Of a DNA stretch of 64,000 nucleotides, positions 11,756 through 21,540 are shown in pieces. The notes below the pieces were generated by a model, which had not been told where the DNA came from, ran no database searches, and was given only the letters and a program-made list of their open reading frames with translations. Position numbers and translations under genes: made by a program. Numbering within the stretch: the stretch's first letter is position 1; each line of letters begins with the position of its first letter. Source of the DNA: an uncultured Acidobacteriota bacterium (GTDB lineage: Bacteria; Acidobacteriota; Thermoanaerobaculia; Multivoradales; JAHEKO01); NCBI GenBank assembly GCA_963713825.1, contig CAVQNG010000034.1, positions 91,933-155,932 on the forward strand, in the 5' to 3' direction.

Positions 11756-13279
11756 TCAGGCTTGATAACGACGGTCGAGCGATCGGTACTGAATCGCTTC
11801 CGCCAGATGTGGTGGCTGAACCGCAGGACAGCCTTCGAGATCGGCGATGGTGCGTGCCACCCTGAGCAGCCGGTGCACGGATCGCGCCGAAAGGCCGAGC
11901 TTCTCGAAGGCTGTTTCGAGGAGAGACCTCCCAGCTCGAGTCAGATCGCAGGCGTCCTCGAGGGCGTCTCCGCTGAGGGAGGAGTTGTAGGGGGTGGGAA
12001 AGCCGTCCTCGAACCTGGTGCCCTGGAGCGTTCGGGCAGCTTGGATACGAGTGGCTACAGTGGCCGTCGATTCTCCGGACCTGCCGTCGAGCTCCTCGAG
12101 CGAGATCGCTGGCACTTCGATGTGCAGATCGATCCGATCCAGGAGAGGTCCCGAGATCTTCGAGCGGTACCTCGCAACCTGGGCTGGCGGGCAGACGCAC
12201 TCGTGCCGTGTGTCGCCGAGATGCCCGCAGGGGCAGGGGTTCATGGCTGCCAGCAGAATGAAACGAGCCGGGAACCGCAAACGGGCACGGGCCCGCACAA
12301 CGGTGAGCTCGCCTTCCTCCATGGGTTGGCGCAGCGCCTCGAGGGTGTCCCTTCGGAACTCGGGAAGCTCGTCGAGGAATAGGACTCCGTGATGGGCCAG
12401 CGTCGCTTCTCCGGGTCGGGGGAAGCTGCCACCGCCAACCATGCCGGCGGTGCTGATACTGGGGTGGGGGCTGCGAAACGGCCGCGAAGTCACCAGGCCT
12501 TCGGGAGGGTCTGCTGCCACCAGCGACTGGACCTTCGTCACGGCGATTGCTTCGGTTTGGGTCAGGGCAGGCAGAAGCGGTCCCAGTCTTCGCGCCAGCA
12601 TGGTCTTACCCGCACCGGGAGGGCCGATGAGCAGCATGTTGTGCCCGCCTGCGGCGGCGATCTCGAGGGCTCTCTTGGCGGCCTCCTGGCCTCGCACCTC
12701 GGCCAGGTCGGGCCTGCTCGCACCTACCAGGTGGATCGGTGGCCGACCCTGACGAGGTGGTAATGGAGAGTTGCCCACCAGGTGCTCGATGGTCTCGGCC
12801 AGGTTGCGAACTCCCACGACCGGGACTGCGTCGAGCGCCGCAGCTTCGGCGCTGTTCGCAGCCGGGAGGAGAACCTCGGTGACTCCCTGTCTACATCCGA
12901 GCTCAGCGATGGCGAGCGCTCCGCGAATGGGCCGAATACCGCCATCGAGCCCCAATTCGCCGCAGAAGAGACGGCCGTCGAGACAATCGGGCGGGATCTG
13001 GTCGTAGGCCGACAACAGGGCCAACGCAATCGCCAGATCCAGGTGGTTGCCCTCCTTGCGGACGTCCGCTGGAGCCAGGTTGATAATCACCGCTCGGGGC
13101 TCGAGCTTGAAGCCACAGTTTCGGATCGCCGAGCGCACCCGTTCACGACTCTCCCGTACGGCGGTATCCGGCAACCCGACGATCTGCATCTGCGGCAGGG
13201 CGTTGTGGAGATCCACCTCGATCTGAATGGGTATGGCCTCCACACCCCAGGGCGAGGCCGAAGTGGCACGAGCCAGCAT
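11756..13279 (-). CDS. comM: YifB/ComM Mg-chelatase-like AAA+ ATPase
   Basis: IVGLPDTAVRESRERV, NLAPADVRKEG, GPPGAGKT, LFLDELPEF, AMNPCPCG; start moved to ATG at 13279. Confidence 0.93.
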   Translation of the reverse strand: MLARATSASPWGVEAIPIQIEVDLHNALPQMQIVGLPDTAVRESRERVRSAIRNCGFKLEPRAVIINLAPADVRKEGNHLDLAIALALLSAYDQIPPDCLDGRLFCGELGLDGGIRPIRGALAIAELGCRQGVTEVLLPAANSAEAAALDAVPVVGVRNLAETIEHLVGNSPLPPRQGRPPIHLVGASRPDLAEVRGQEAAKRALEIAAAGGHNMLLIGPPGAGKTMLARRLGPLLPALTQTEAIAVTKVQSLVAADPPEGLVTSRPFRSPHPSISTAGMVGGGSFPRPGEATLAHHGVLFLDELPEFRRDTLEALRQPMEEGELTVVRARARLRFPARFILLAAMNPCPCGHLGDTRHECVCPPAQVARYRSKISGPLLDRIDLHIEVPAISLEELDGRSGESTATVATRIQAARTLQGTRFEDGFPTPYNSSLSGDALEDACDLTRAGRSLLETAFEKLGLSARSVHRLLRVARTIADLEGCPAVQPPHLAEAIQYRSLDRRYQA

Positions 13280-13391
13280 CGTCTTGAAAGACGAATACGA
13301 CGACCGGAATCTTGCACCCTGTCCGTGCCGTAAACCCCGTCTGGCAAATTGCGGGCGGGAATGGGCTCTGATTCTTCGATGGGCGCGCCTC

Positions 13392-13733
13392 GGTACTGAC
13401 AAGCCAAGGCGCTGACTGGCAGACTACGCCGATGAATGCGAAAACATCGAGCTACCACGGGTACCGGATCCCGCCCGAGATCATCCGACAGCCGTCTCGG
13501 AAGTCTGGTGCGGAGTACGCACGAAAGCTCAAGCCCAACGATTCTTGTCGATCCAGGGAGTCATCCTGAATCTCTTCAGGGTCGGACGGCATCTGCTTGG
13601 GCCAGCCAACCACCGGATGCTGCGAGCCGGCTCGTTCCTCGTTTGGTCTGAGGTGACTCGCGCCTGACTGATCCAGAAACGAGCTGCCTTTTGGGCCCAA
13701 GCCTCGCTCGGCAGACGCTAGGTTGACAGTACC
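13392..13733 (+). mobile_element. Internally deleted IS6-family element (342 bp)
   Basis: Ends GGTACTGACAAGC and GGTTGACAGTACC form an 11/13 inverted repeat. Contains the transposase N-terminus (SYHGYRIPPEII) and C-terminus (QRFLSIQGVILNLFRVGRHLL...NHRMLR...WSEVTRA*); no DDE core. Confidence 0.8.
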
Positions 13734-13825
13734 CTCGGCAGTCAACCCGGACACAATCGCTGGGCTAATACAAAAGGCCGAACTGCCTTCGCGCCCTCGG
13801 GGAGACAGTGTTACGGTAACTATCT

Positions 13826-16003
13826 ATGACTTCCTCTGAGTCGAGCCGAGTTGTGCAGCGCAGCGCAGGGCTGCACGTGGCGCTGATCAGCATTCACGGC
13901 CTCATTCGAGGGCATGAACTCGAGCTCGGGCGAGATGCCGACACGGGCGGTCAAACGCTGTACGTGGTGGAGTTGGCCCGAGCGCTTGCCGAGCGGTCCG
14001 ACATAGCTCAGGTCGATCTGCTCACCCGGCGAGTCGTGGACTTGAATGTCGGTGACGACTACGCGCAGCCGATCGAAGACCTTGCCGGGAAGGCCCGTAT
14101 CGTGCGTCTCGATTGCGGCCCTGAAGAGTACCTTCGCAAGGAAGAGCTGTGGGATCACCTGGACACGTTTGTCGACAACGCGATGGCGTTCTACGCGGAA
14201 AAGGAGCGCACTCCGGATGTCGTGCACAGCCACTATGCGGACGCGGGCTACGCGGGCGTCAGGCTTTCGAACCTGCTCGGCTTGCCCCTGATTCACACCG
14301 GCCACTCTTTGGGCCGCGTGAAGCGTCGGCGGCTCCTGGCGTCAGGTCTGATCGCCGAGTCGATCGAGCAGCGATACAACATGACGCGCCGCATCGACGC
14401 CGAAGAGGAGACTTTGGCTGCCGCGGAGCTGGTGATCGTTTCGACCGCCAACGAGATCGAGGAGCAGTACGAGCTCTACGATCACTACCAGCCGGAGCAG
14501 ATGCGGGTCGTGCCTCCAGGTACAGACCTCGGGCGCTTCAGGGCTCCGGATGGGAGTGAGCGCGAACACCCAATCTATAAAGTGCTCTGTCGGTTTCTGA
14601 GGGATCCGGAGAAGCCGATGGTGTTGGCCCTGGCTCGGCCAGATGAGAGGAAGAACCTGATTGGTCTGGTCGAGGCGTATGGAGAATCGGAGCGGCTTCA
14701 GCATGAGGCCAACCTGGTGATCGTCGCCGGTACTCGCGAAGACCTGCGGGAGATGGAGGATGCGGCAGCGCAGGTGCAGCTCGATATTCTCCTCGGCATC
14801 GACTCGAACGATCTCTATGGCAAGGTTGCATTTCCGAAGCGGCTCACTCCGGACGATGTCGCTCATCTCTATCGTCTGGCTGCGTTGAGCGGTGGGCTGT
14901 TCATCAACCCGGCCTTGACCGAGCCTTTTGGCCTCACTTTGATTGAAGCGGCGGCAAGTGGATTGCCAATCGTCGCCACCGAGGACGGCGGACCGAGCGA
15001 CATCATCGCCAACTGCTCGAACGGTCTACTTGTCGATCCCCTGGACTCTGATGCGATGACTTCGGCCATGCTCGAGGTGCTTTCAGGCGGCGAGCGCTGG
15101 AGACAACTGTCAGAGAACGGCCTCGAGGGCGTGCGAGAGCATTATTCGTGGTCTGCGCACGCCGACCGTTATCTCTCCGAGCTGCGACCGATCCTGGCGA
15201 GGGTCGAGCCGAGACCGCAGCCAAAGCTCCGGCGCCGGCCGATGATCTACCACGATCTGGCACTGTTTACGGATCTGGATCAGAACCTTCTCGGGGATCG
15301 GGCGTCCTTGGCGGAGCTCGTCTCCCTATTGAGAGAAAACCGCAAGAGCGCCACTTTCGGCATCGCCACCGGACGCCGGCTCGATTCGGCGCTCAAGGCA
15401 ATGCGGAGATACGGAATCCCGCAGCCGGATGTGCTCATCACGTCGGTCGGTACCGAGATTCACTACGCGCCACGGATGACGCTCGATACGGCATGGTCCG
15501 AGCACATCGATCACCTGTGGACGCCGAGAACCCTGCGCCGGATTCTGACCGAGCTCCCCGGCCTCGAGCTGCAGCCCAGGAGAGAACGCAGCCGCTTCAA
15601 GTTGAGCTACTACTACGATGCGAAGAAGGCGCCGTCGTACGAAGAGATCCTGAGTATCTTGCGGCAGAGGGATCAGACGGTGAACGCCTTCTTGTCGTTC
15701 GGTCAGTATCTGGATCTCACGCCGATTCGCGCCTCGAAGGGGTTTGCAGTGCGATGGTTTGCCGAACATTGGGACATTCCGGTCGAGAAGATCCTGGCTG
15801 CCGGAGGCTCAGGAACGGACGAGGACATGATGCGTGGCAACACGCTTGCTGTCGTTGTCGCCAACCGGCACGAAGAGGAGCTGTCGCAGCTCACCGACGT
15901 CGATCGCATCTTCTTTGCCACGAAACCCTACGCCGCAGGCATCGTCGAGGCCATCGAGCACTACGATTTCTTCGGAGATTGCCGGGCACCGGGTGAGGCG
16001 TGA
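13826..16003 (+). CDS. sps: Sucrose-phosphate synthase (GT4 plus C-terminal HAD-like domain)
   Basis: HGLIRG...ELGRDADTGGQTLYV, HSHYADAG, HTGHSLG, NPALTEPFGLTLIEAAA. Confidence 0.95.
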   Translation: MTSSESSRVVQRSAGLHVALISIHGLIRGHELELGRDADTGGQTLYVVELARALAERSDIAQVDLLTRRVVDLNVGDDYAQPIEDLAGKARIVRLDCGPEEYLRKEELWDHLDTFVDNAMAFYAEKERTPDVVHSHYADAGYAGVRLSNLLGLPLIHTGHSLGRVKRRRLLASGLIAESIEQRYNMTRRIDAEEETLAAAELVIVSTANEIEEQYELYDHYQPEQMRVVPPGTDLGRFRAPDGSEREHPIYKVLCRFLRDPEKPMVLALARPDERKNLIGLVEAYGESERLQHEANLVIVAGTREDLREMEDAAAQVQLDILLGIDSNDLYGKVAFPKRLTPDDVAHLYRLAALSGGLFINPALTEPFGLTLIEAAASGLPIVATEDGGPSDIIANCSNGLLVDPLDSDAMTSAMLEVLSGGERWRQLSENGLEGVREHYSWSAHADRYLSELRPILARVEPRPQPKLRRRPMIYHDLALFTDLDQNLLGDRASLAELVSLLRENRKSATFGIATGRRLDSALKAMRRYGIPQPDVLITSVGTEIHYAPRMTLDTAWSEHIDHLWTPRTLRRILTELPGLELQPRRERSRFKLSYYYDAKKAPSYEEILSILRQRDQTVNAFLSFGQYLDLTPIRASKGFAVRWFAEHWDIPVEKILAAGGSGTDEDMMRGNTLAVVVANRHEEELSQLTDVDRIFFATKPYAAGIVEAIEHYDFFGDCRAPGEA

Positions 16004-16839
16004 GCCGGCGAATCCTCATCTGTACCGACCTCGACGGCACATTGATCCCTGATGGACGCGCGCCCGAGTCGCCCTCAGCCAGAGAGCGCTTCGCGCGGGT
16101 CGTCGCCCGATCCGAGGTGACGCTTGCCTACGTAACGGGTCGCCATCAGGCGCTCGTCGAGGAAGCGATCGTCGGTTTCTCCCTGCCGGTCCCGCAGATC
16201 GTGATCGCTGATGTCGGAGCGACGATCTACGACATAGATCAGGGAAGCTGGCGGTCATGGAAGTCGTGGGAGAGCAAGCTGGCGGAGCAGTGGGACACCA
16301 GTACGGCGAAGGGGCTCATCATGCTTCTGCCTGAGGAGTTCGCCGGTCTCCGGGCTCAGGAGGCAAGCAAGCAGGCCGAGTTCAAGGTCAGCTTCTACCT
16401 CGAGAGCGGCGCTGACTCCCGGCAGATCCTGGCCAACGTCAGGGATCGGCTCGCGCGGCTCGAAACGCCCGCGCGGTTGATCTTCAGCCGGGACAGCTTC
16501 GGGATAGGCTTGCTCGATCTGCTGCCGCCGGCGGCCGGTAAGCTTTCGGCCATCGAGTTCCTTATGGAACAACGAGGCTTTCGACCTGAGGGTACCGTTT
16601 TCTCTGGCGACAGCGGCAACGACCTGGAAGTCCTGGCGAGCCGTCTTCCTTCCGTCCTGGTGGCCAATGCGGGCGCGGAGGTCCAGGAGCAGGCGCGGGA
16701 GACGGCCGCCGCGAAAGGCCACTCGGAGGCCCTGTACATCGCGCGCGGCGGCCTCCTTGGCATGAACGCCAACTACGCGGCAGGCATTTTGGAGGGCCTC
16801 GTGCATTTTCTGCCGGAGACGTCCGATTGGGTGCGCTGA
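16000..16839 (+). CDS. HAD-IIB hydrolase, probable sucrose-6-phosphate phosphatase
   Basis: CTDLDGTL, YVTGR, GKLSA and SGDSGND motifs; GTGA overlap with sps. Confidence 0.88.
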   Translation: MSRRILICTDLDGTLIPDGRAPESPSARERFARVVARSEVTLAYVTGRHQALVEEAIVGFSLPVPQIVIADVGATIYDIDQGSWRSWKSWESKLAEQWDTSTAKGLIMLLPEEFAGLRAQEASKQAEFKVSFYLESGADSRQILANVRDRLARLETPARLIFSRDSFGIGLLDLLPPAAGKLSAIEFLMEQRGFRPEGTVFSGDSGNDLEVLASRLPSVLVANAGAEVQEQARETAAAKGHSEALYIARGGLLGMNANYAAGILEGLVHFLPETSDWVR

Positions 16840-17732
16840 CCGATTCCGAGACCGTCGAGCGGGTCGTGGTCTTCGGAGAAGTGCTGTTTGACCGTTTCCC
16901 GGATGGTTGCGAGGTCCTGGGCGGTGCTCCGTTCAATGTGGCGTGGAATCTCCAGGCTCTTGACGCGCGACCAATCCTGATCAGTCGAGTTGGCAATGAC
17001 CGGTTCGGCAGGCGAATCCTGGCCGCGATGAAGGAGTGGGGGATGGACCTTGCCGGAATGCAGGTCGACGAGCACCTTCCGACCGGAACGGTCGAAGTGG
17101 CCCTGGTCGGCGGAGAACCGAGATTCGACATCGTTGCTGATCGCGCGTACGACGCTATCGACCAGGAGTTGATTGCCGAGCTCCCCGCAGGCTTCGTTCT
17201 CTATCACGGGAGCCTTGCGTGTCGCTCGCGACAATCCCGCGCCGCTCTCGAAAGCCTCATCCGGCGTGGTCCGGGGTCCGTCTTTTTCGACGTCAATCTG
17301 CGCTCTCCCTGGTGGGACGAAGGGCGCGTTCATGGACTGATCTGCACCGCGAACGAAGTCAAGATGAACGAAGACGAGCTCGAGCGGTTGTCGCCCGGAG
17401 CGCGAGGACGTGAGAGTCGAGCGTCCGACTTGCTCTCTCGCTATGGCTGCGATCGACTGCATCTCACCCGGGGCGCGCACGGTGCGATAACCTTTGCCGT
17501 TCGAGGTGGGCCTTACGAGGTGAGGCCGGCGAGCGAGACGGAGATCGTCGACACGGTAGGAGCGGGGGACGCGTTCTCCTCCGTGCTCATTCTCGGCCGA
17601 GTACGGGATTGGCCCCTCGAAACGACGCTTGAAAGGGCTCAGGAGTTTGCGGCTGCGGTGGTCGGGCTGCGTGGCGCGACGACGACGGAGCGCATCTTCT
17701 ACGAGCGGTTCACGAAGGCCTGGAATTCTTGA
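16827..17732 (+). CDS. PfkB family carbohydrate kinase (fructokinase-like)
   Basis: FGEVLFD, GGAPFNVA, DVNLR, DTVGAGDAF. Confidence 0.9.
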   Translation: MGALTDSETVERVVVFGEVLFDRFPDGCEVLGGAPFNVAWNLQALDARPILISRVGNDRFGRRILAAMKEWGMDLAGMQVDEHLPTGTVEVALVGGEPRFDIVADRAYDAIDQELIAELPAGFVLYHGSLACRSRQSRAALESLIRRGPGSVFFDVNLRSPWWDEGRVHGLICTANEVKMNEDELERLSPGARGRESRASDLLSRYGCDRLHLTRGAHGAITFAVRGGPYEVRPASETEIVDTVGAGDAFSSVLILGRVRDWPLETTLERAQEFAAAVVGLRGATTTERIFYERFTKAWNS

Positions 17733-20137
17733 TGAACTCGAACAGCAAACTCGCGAACGACCTCAGACGCTTCCTCAACGAGGAACCGGCGTCGGCTCGA
17801 GACTTCTTCCATCAGCTAAGGGCCGCAGAACGGCCGTTTCTCCTTCGCAGTGACGTGCAGGATATTCTGGCCGGGTTTTGTGCCAGTGATGGGGCCCCGG
17901 CGGCCGAAGAGAGCCCCTTGGTGCAGGCACTCGACATCGCTCAGGAGGTGACGATCGAGCCGAACTGGATCTACCTCGCGCTGCGGCGCAGGCCGGCGAG
18001 TTGGGCGTATCTGCGCATACACCTGGAGACGCTTGCCGTTGAGGCGGTCGATGTGGCCGGGTACCTTGCCTGCAAGGAGCGGCTTGTCGATGGTGCGACA
18101 GCCGACGAAGACTGGACTCTCGAGATCGATCTCGAGCCCTTTTCGCGCCACCTCGCGAAGCTCAAGGAGGCCAGATCGATCGGGCGAGGTGTGGAGTTTC
18201 TCAATCGTCGTCTTTCGAGTCGTTTGTTCGAGGGAGGAGGAAAGGGGGAAGAGCTTCTTCTCGATTTTCTCCGCGTGCACGCGTATCGCGACAGACAGCT
18301 CTTGCTCAACGGTTCAATCCAGGACGTGGCCGATTTGCGTCGAGCTCTGCGTGAAGCGATCGACCGGCTCTCTCGCCTGGGCACGGCAGCGACCTGGCAC
18401 GAGCACCAACCAGCGCTGCGAGCGCTTGGCTTCGAGCCTGGTTGGGGGCGCACGGTCGCCCAGGTCATTGAGACCATGGGTTTACTGCTCGACATTCTGG
18501 AGGCCCCATCACCGGACGCGCTCGAGACCTTCCTGGGTCGGCTGCCGATGATCTTTTCGATCGCGATCATCTCGCCGCACGGTTGGTTTGGTCAGGCAAA
18601 CGTCCTGGGCCGACCCGACACCGGAGGCCAGGTCGTCTACATTTTGGATCAGGTGCGAGCGCTCGAACAGGAGATGCGACGCGGTCTCTTCGACCAAGGG
18701 CTCAACATCGCTCCGCAGATCGTCGTTGTGACGCGTTTGATTCCTGAAGCTGAAGGGACCACCTGCGATCAACGCGTTGAGGAGATCGCGGCGACAAGGA
18801 ATGCGCGAATCCTGCGCGTGCCGTTCCGTGAGCCTGCCGGTGACATCGTGCCACACTGGATCTCCCGGTTCGAGATCTGGCCCTATCTGGAGCGCTTCGC
18901 GCGTGATGTCGAGCGTGAGCTGCCGACCGAGCTCGGCGGGCGACCTGATCTGGTCATCGGCAACTACTCGGACGGCAACCTGGTGGCGTCGCTGCTGGCG
19001 CCACGGCTCGGTGTGACCCAGTGCAACATCGCGCACGCGCTGGAGAAGACCAAGTACCTGTTCTCAGATCTCTACTGGCGCGAGAACGACGACAAATACC
19101 ACTTCTCGTGTCAGTTCACGGCCGACCTGATCTCGATGAATGCCGCCGACTTCATCATCACGAGCACCTATCAGGAGATCGCGGGGACCGAGGACAGCAT
19201 CGGCCAATACGAAGCCCACAGCGCTTTCACGATGCCGGGTCTCTACCGGGTGGTGCAGGGGATCGACGTGCTCGATCCCAAGTTCAACATCGTCTCCCCG
19301 GGCGCCGCCGCCGACCTCTTCTTTCCGGCCAGCAAAGAGGATCTGCGGTTGACGCACCTGCTGCCCGAGCTCCAAGAGCTGGTCTGCGGGGATCGTGAGG
19401 ACGGCTCGGCGTGGGGAGTGCTCGCAAAGCCCGAGAGACCGCTTCTTTTCAGCATGGCGCGGCTCGACCGAATCAAGAACATTACCGGAGTGGTGGACTG
19501 GTTCGGCAAAAGCGAGCGTCTTCGCGAACAGGCGAATCTACTCATTGTTGGCGGCTTCGTCGATCCCCAGCGCTCGCAGGATGCCGACGAGCTCGAGCAG
19601 ATCGAGCTCATGCACGAGCTTCTCGAGACCCATGATCTTCGGGGCAATGTGCGCTGGCTCGAGGCGGAGGTGGACAGAGAACGCAACGGCGAGCTCTATC
19701 GGTTCGTCGCGGACCAGAAGGGGGCCTTCGTCCAGCCGGCGCTGTTCGAAGCGTTCGGTCTCACTGTCATCGAGGCCATGAGCACGGGGCTTCCGACGTT
19801 TGCGACCTGCTTTGGAGGACCGCTCGAGATCATCGAGGACGGCGTATCGGGATTCCACATCGATCCGAACCACGGCGAGGAGGCAGCCGAGAAGATGGCT
19901 GCGTTCTTCGAGAAGTGTTCGGAGGATCCCGGATACTGGGAGCGGATTTCCCAAGGAGCGCTGGCGAGGGTCGGCAGTCGCTACACGTGGACGCGGTATG
20001 CGGAGCGACTCCTGACGCTCTCGCGCGTTTACGGCTTCTGGAGGTACGTAACGCATCTCGAACGTGACGAGACGCAGCGATACCTCGAGATGCTGTATGC
20101 GCTGCAGTACCGCCCTCTGGCCGAACGCATGAGCTGA
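17732..20137 (+). CDS. susA: Sucrose synthase
   Basis: GRPDTGGQVVYILDQVRALE, IGNYSDGNLVA, AHALEKTKY, MARLDRIKN, FEAFGLTVIEAM; TGATG overlap with the kinase. Confidence 0.96.
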   Translation: MNSNSKLANDLRRFLNEEPASARDFFHQLRAAERPFLLRSDVQDILAGFCASDGAPAAEESPLVQALDIAQEVTIEPNWIYLALRRRPASWAYLRIHLETLAVEAVDVAGYLACKERLVDGATADEDWTLEIDLEPFSRHLAKLKEARSIGRGVEFLNRRLSSRLFEGGGKGEELLLDFLRVHAYRDRQLLLNGSIQDVADLRRALREAIDRLSRLGTAATWHEHQPALRALGFEPGWGRTVAQVIETMGLLLDILEAPSPDALETFLGRLPMIFSIAIISPHGWFGQANVLGRPDTGGQVVYILDQVRALEQEMRRGLFDQGLNIAPQIVVVTRLIPEAEGTTCDQRVEEIAATRNARILRVPFREPAGDIVPHWISRFEIWPYLERFARDVERELPTELGGRPDLVIGNYSDGNLVASLLAPRLGVTQCNIAHALEKTKYLFSDLYWRENDDKYHFSCQFTADLISMNAADFIITSTYQEIAGTEDSIGQYEAHSAFTMPGLYRVVQGIDVLDPKFNIVSPGAAADLFFPASKEDLRLTHLLPELQELVCGDREDGSAWGVLAKPERPLLFSMARLDRIKNITGVVDWFGKSERLREQANLLIVGGFVDPQRSQDADELEQIELMHELLETHDLRGNVRWLEAEVDRERNGELYRFVADQKGAFVQPALFEAFGLTVIEAMSTGLPTFATCFGGPLEIIEDGVSGFHIDPNHGEEAAEKMAAFFEKCSEDPGYWERISQGALARVGSRYTWTRYAERLLTLSRVYGFWRYVTHLERDETQRYLEMLYALQYRPLAERMS

Positions 20138-20257
20138 AGGCGTGGCCGGCCCCGAATTCAGCTTCTCTCCTCTCGATCTCGCAATCATCGGGCTCTACGC
20201 CGCGGTTGACCTCACCCCCTGAAACGAGTCCAGGTTGAGCGTTAGGATTCAGCGCTG

Positions 20258-20282
20258 TGACCCGCCCCCAGAGTTTGCACCA
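20258..20282 (+). mobile_element. Possible isolated IS3-family terminal inverted repeat
   Basis: TGACCCGCCCCCAGAGTTTGCACCA resembles IS3-type ends (recalled pattern); no transposase or partner end seen. Confidence 0.35.
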
Positions 20283-20406
20283 CCCATCCTCCGCCAGCAG
20301 CGACAGTTCGTTGACCAGGTTCCAGGGTCAGCGCTTGGGCACTGAGATCTTTGCTGATGGGTTCGAATCTGGCGACGCGAGTGCCTGGTCCGGCACGGTG
20401 CCCTGA
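20281..20406 (+). pseudogene. 3' stump of a gene ending in the FxDGFESG tail
   Basis: Frame reads ...SSDSSLTRFQGQRLGTEIFADGFESGDASAWSGTVP*. In-frame stop at 20236-20238, with no ATG or signal peptide after it. Confidence 0.7.
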
Positions 20407-20418
20407 CGCCGAGTGAGC

Positions 20419-21354
20419 TCAGGGGATGCAGACGAACTCGCTGCGGGCCAGCACGCGACCCGTGTCGTCGCGTGCCTCGACGGCCCAGTCACCGGCGACG
20501 CCCGGATAGAGCGTCTGGGCGCTGTAGGTCCTCCAGCTGGGCCCGCCGATCTTCAGCGACAGGTGCGTGGCTTCCACGCCCTTGTGGAGCCAGACGTGGT
20601 CGATCCTGTCGCCGCGAGCTCCGCCCTGCACGCGGGTCCAGAACCATACCCGCGTTCCAGCGGTGAATCGGTCGTTCCGGCCCACGAGGTACCGGTTCTC
20701 GACGGCGGTACCGACACCGTACTCAGGGATACTCAGCAGCGACGCGGCGGGGGTCGGGTCAGCGGAACGAGACTCGGGCGGCTTCACCGGAGTCGGAGCG
20801 ACAGCAACGGGTGCCTCTACTTGGGTCGCGGCGACCTGGGCCAGCGCCGCCGCGGGAGTCGGAGCGACATCTGCCGGCGCCTTCGACGGGGAAGTCTCCG
20901 GTTCGACCGGAGCGGCGGCCACCGTCGAAGGCGTCGTCGATGCGGTCCCGTCTCGCGACAGCATCCACCAGGCTGCGAGCATCGCGATTGCCACGACGAC
21001 CAGCGCAACGAGCCAAGGCGAATATCGCGGTCGGCTTGCCGCGTCAGTCGGGATCGTAGGGGGCGCGGTCTCGGCGACCTGGTCCACCGCGATTTCCTCG
21101 ATCCTGTGGAGAGACTTGTCGCGCTCCCGGTCATAGTCCTCGATCATCAGGCCGGCATCGACCTGCAGACATTCGGCGTACCCGTGGAGACACTCCATCA
21201 TCGCGGCCTCGTCGGGCAGCGCGTCGAAGTCGTTGCGCTCGAGAGCCAGTAGGAGGTCGTGATCGACGCGGAGAATGTCGGCCACGGCCTGGATGGTCAG
21301 CCCGCGGTCCTCCCGCTCAGTCTTCAGCCTGTCCCCGAAGGTATCCATCGACAC
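20419..21354 (-). CDS. RodZ-like HTH + TM + Pro/Ala linker + DUF2914-like domain
   Basis: FGDRLKTEREDRGLT...LLALERNDFDALP; TM segment; C-terminal VWFWTRV...HVW...WRTYS...GDWAVE. Confidence 0.8.
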   Translation of the reverse strand: MSMDTFGDRLKTEREDRGLTIQAVADILRVDHDLLLALERNDFDALPDEAAMMECLHGYAECLQVDAGLMIEDYDRERDKSLHRIEEIAVDQVAETAPPTIPTDAASRPRYSPWLVALVVVAIAMLAAWWMLSRDGTASTTPSTVAAAPVEPETSPSKAPADVAPTPAAALAQVAATQVEAPVAVAPTPVKPPESRSADPTPAASLLSIPEYGVGTAVENRYLVGRNDRFTAGTRVWFWTRVQGGARGDRIDHVWLHKGVEATHLSLKIGGPSWRTYSAQTLYPGVAGDWAVEARDDTGRVLARSEFVCIP

Positions 21355-21540
21355 ATTCTCTCCCAGCTGTCAAGCTGGGGACGCGTTGCCGTCAACTCGA
21401 GGTGGTGCGGACGGCAACGTCGAGAAGGACGAGGGCCGGTTTGCAAGCACCTTGTCGAGTGCCCTGACAGGTAGAGGTCTGGTGGTATCGTTCGAGCGCG
21501 GGTGTAGCCCATTCAGGGTGCAGATAGGCGGGGAAATTCC

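Noticed and set aside
13280-13402. 41-aa N-terminal extension of ComM (and similar extensions at 28819, 48330, 51599, 57747)
   Set aside because: Longest-ORF artefacts; family homology, signal peptides or RBS indicate downstream starts.
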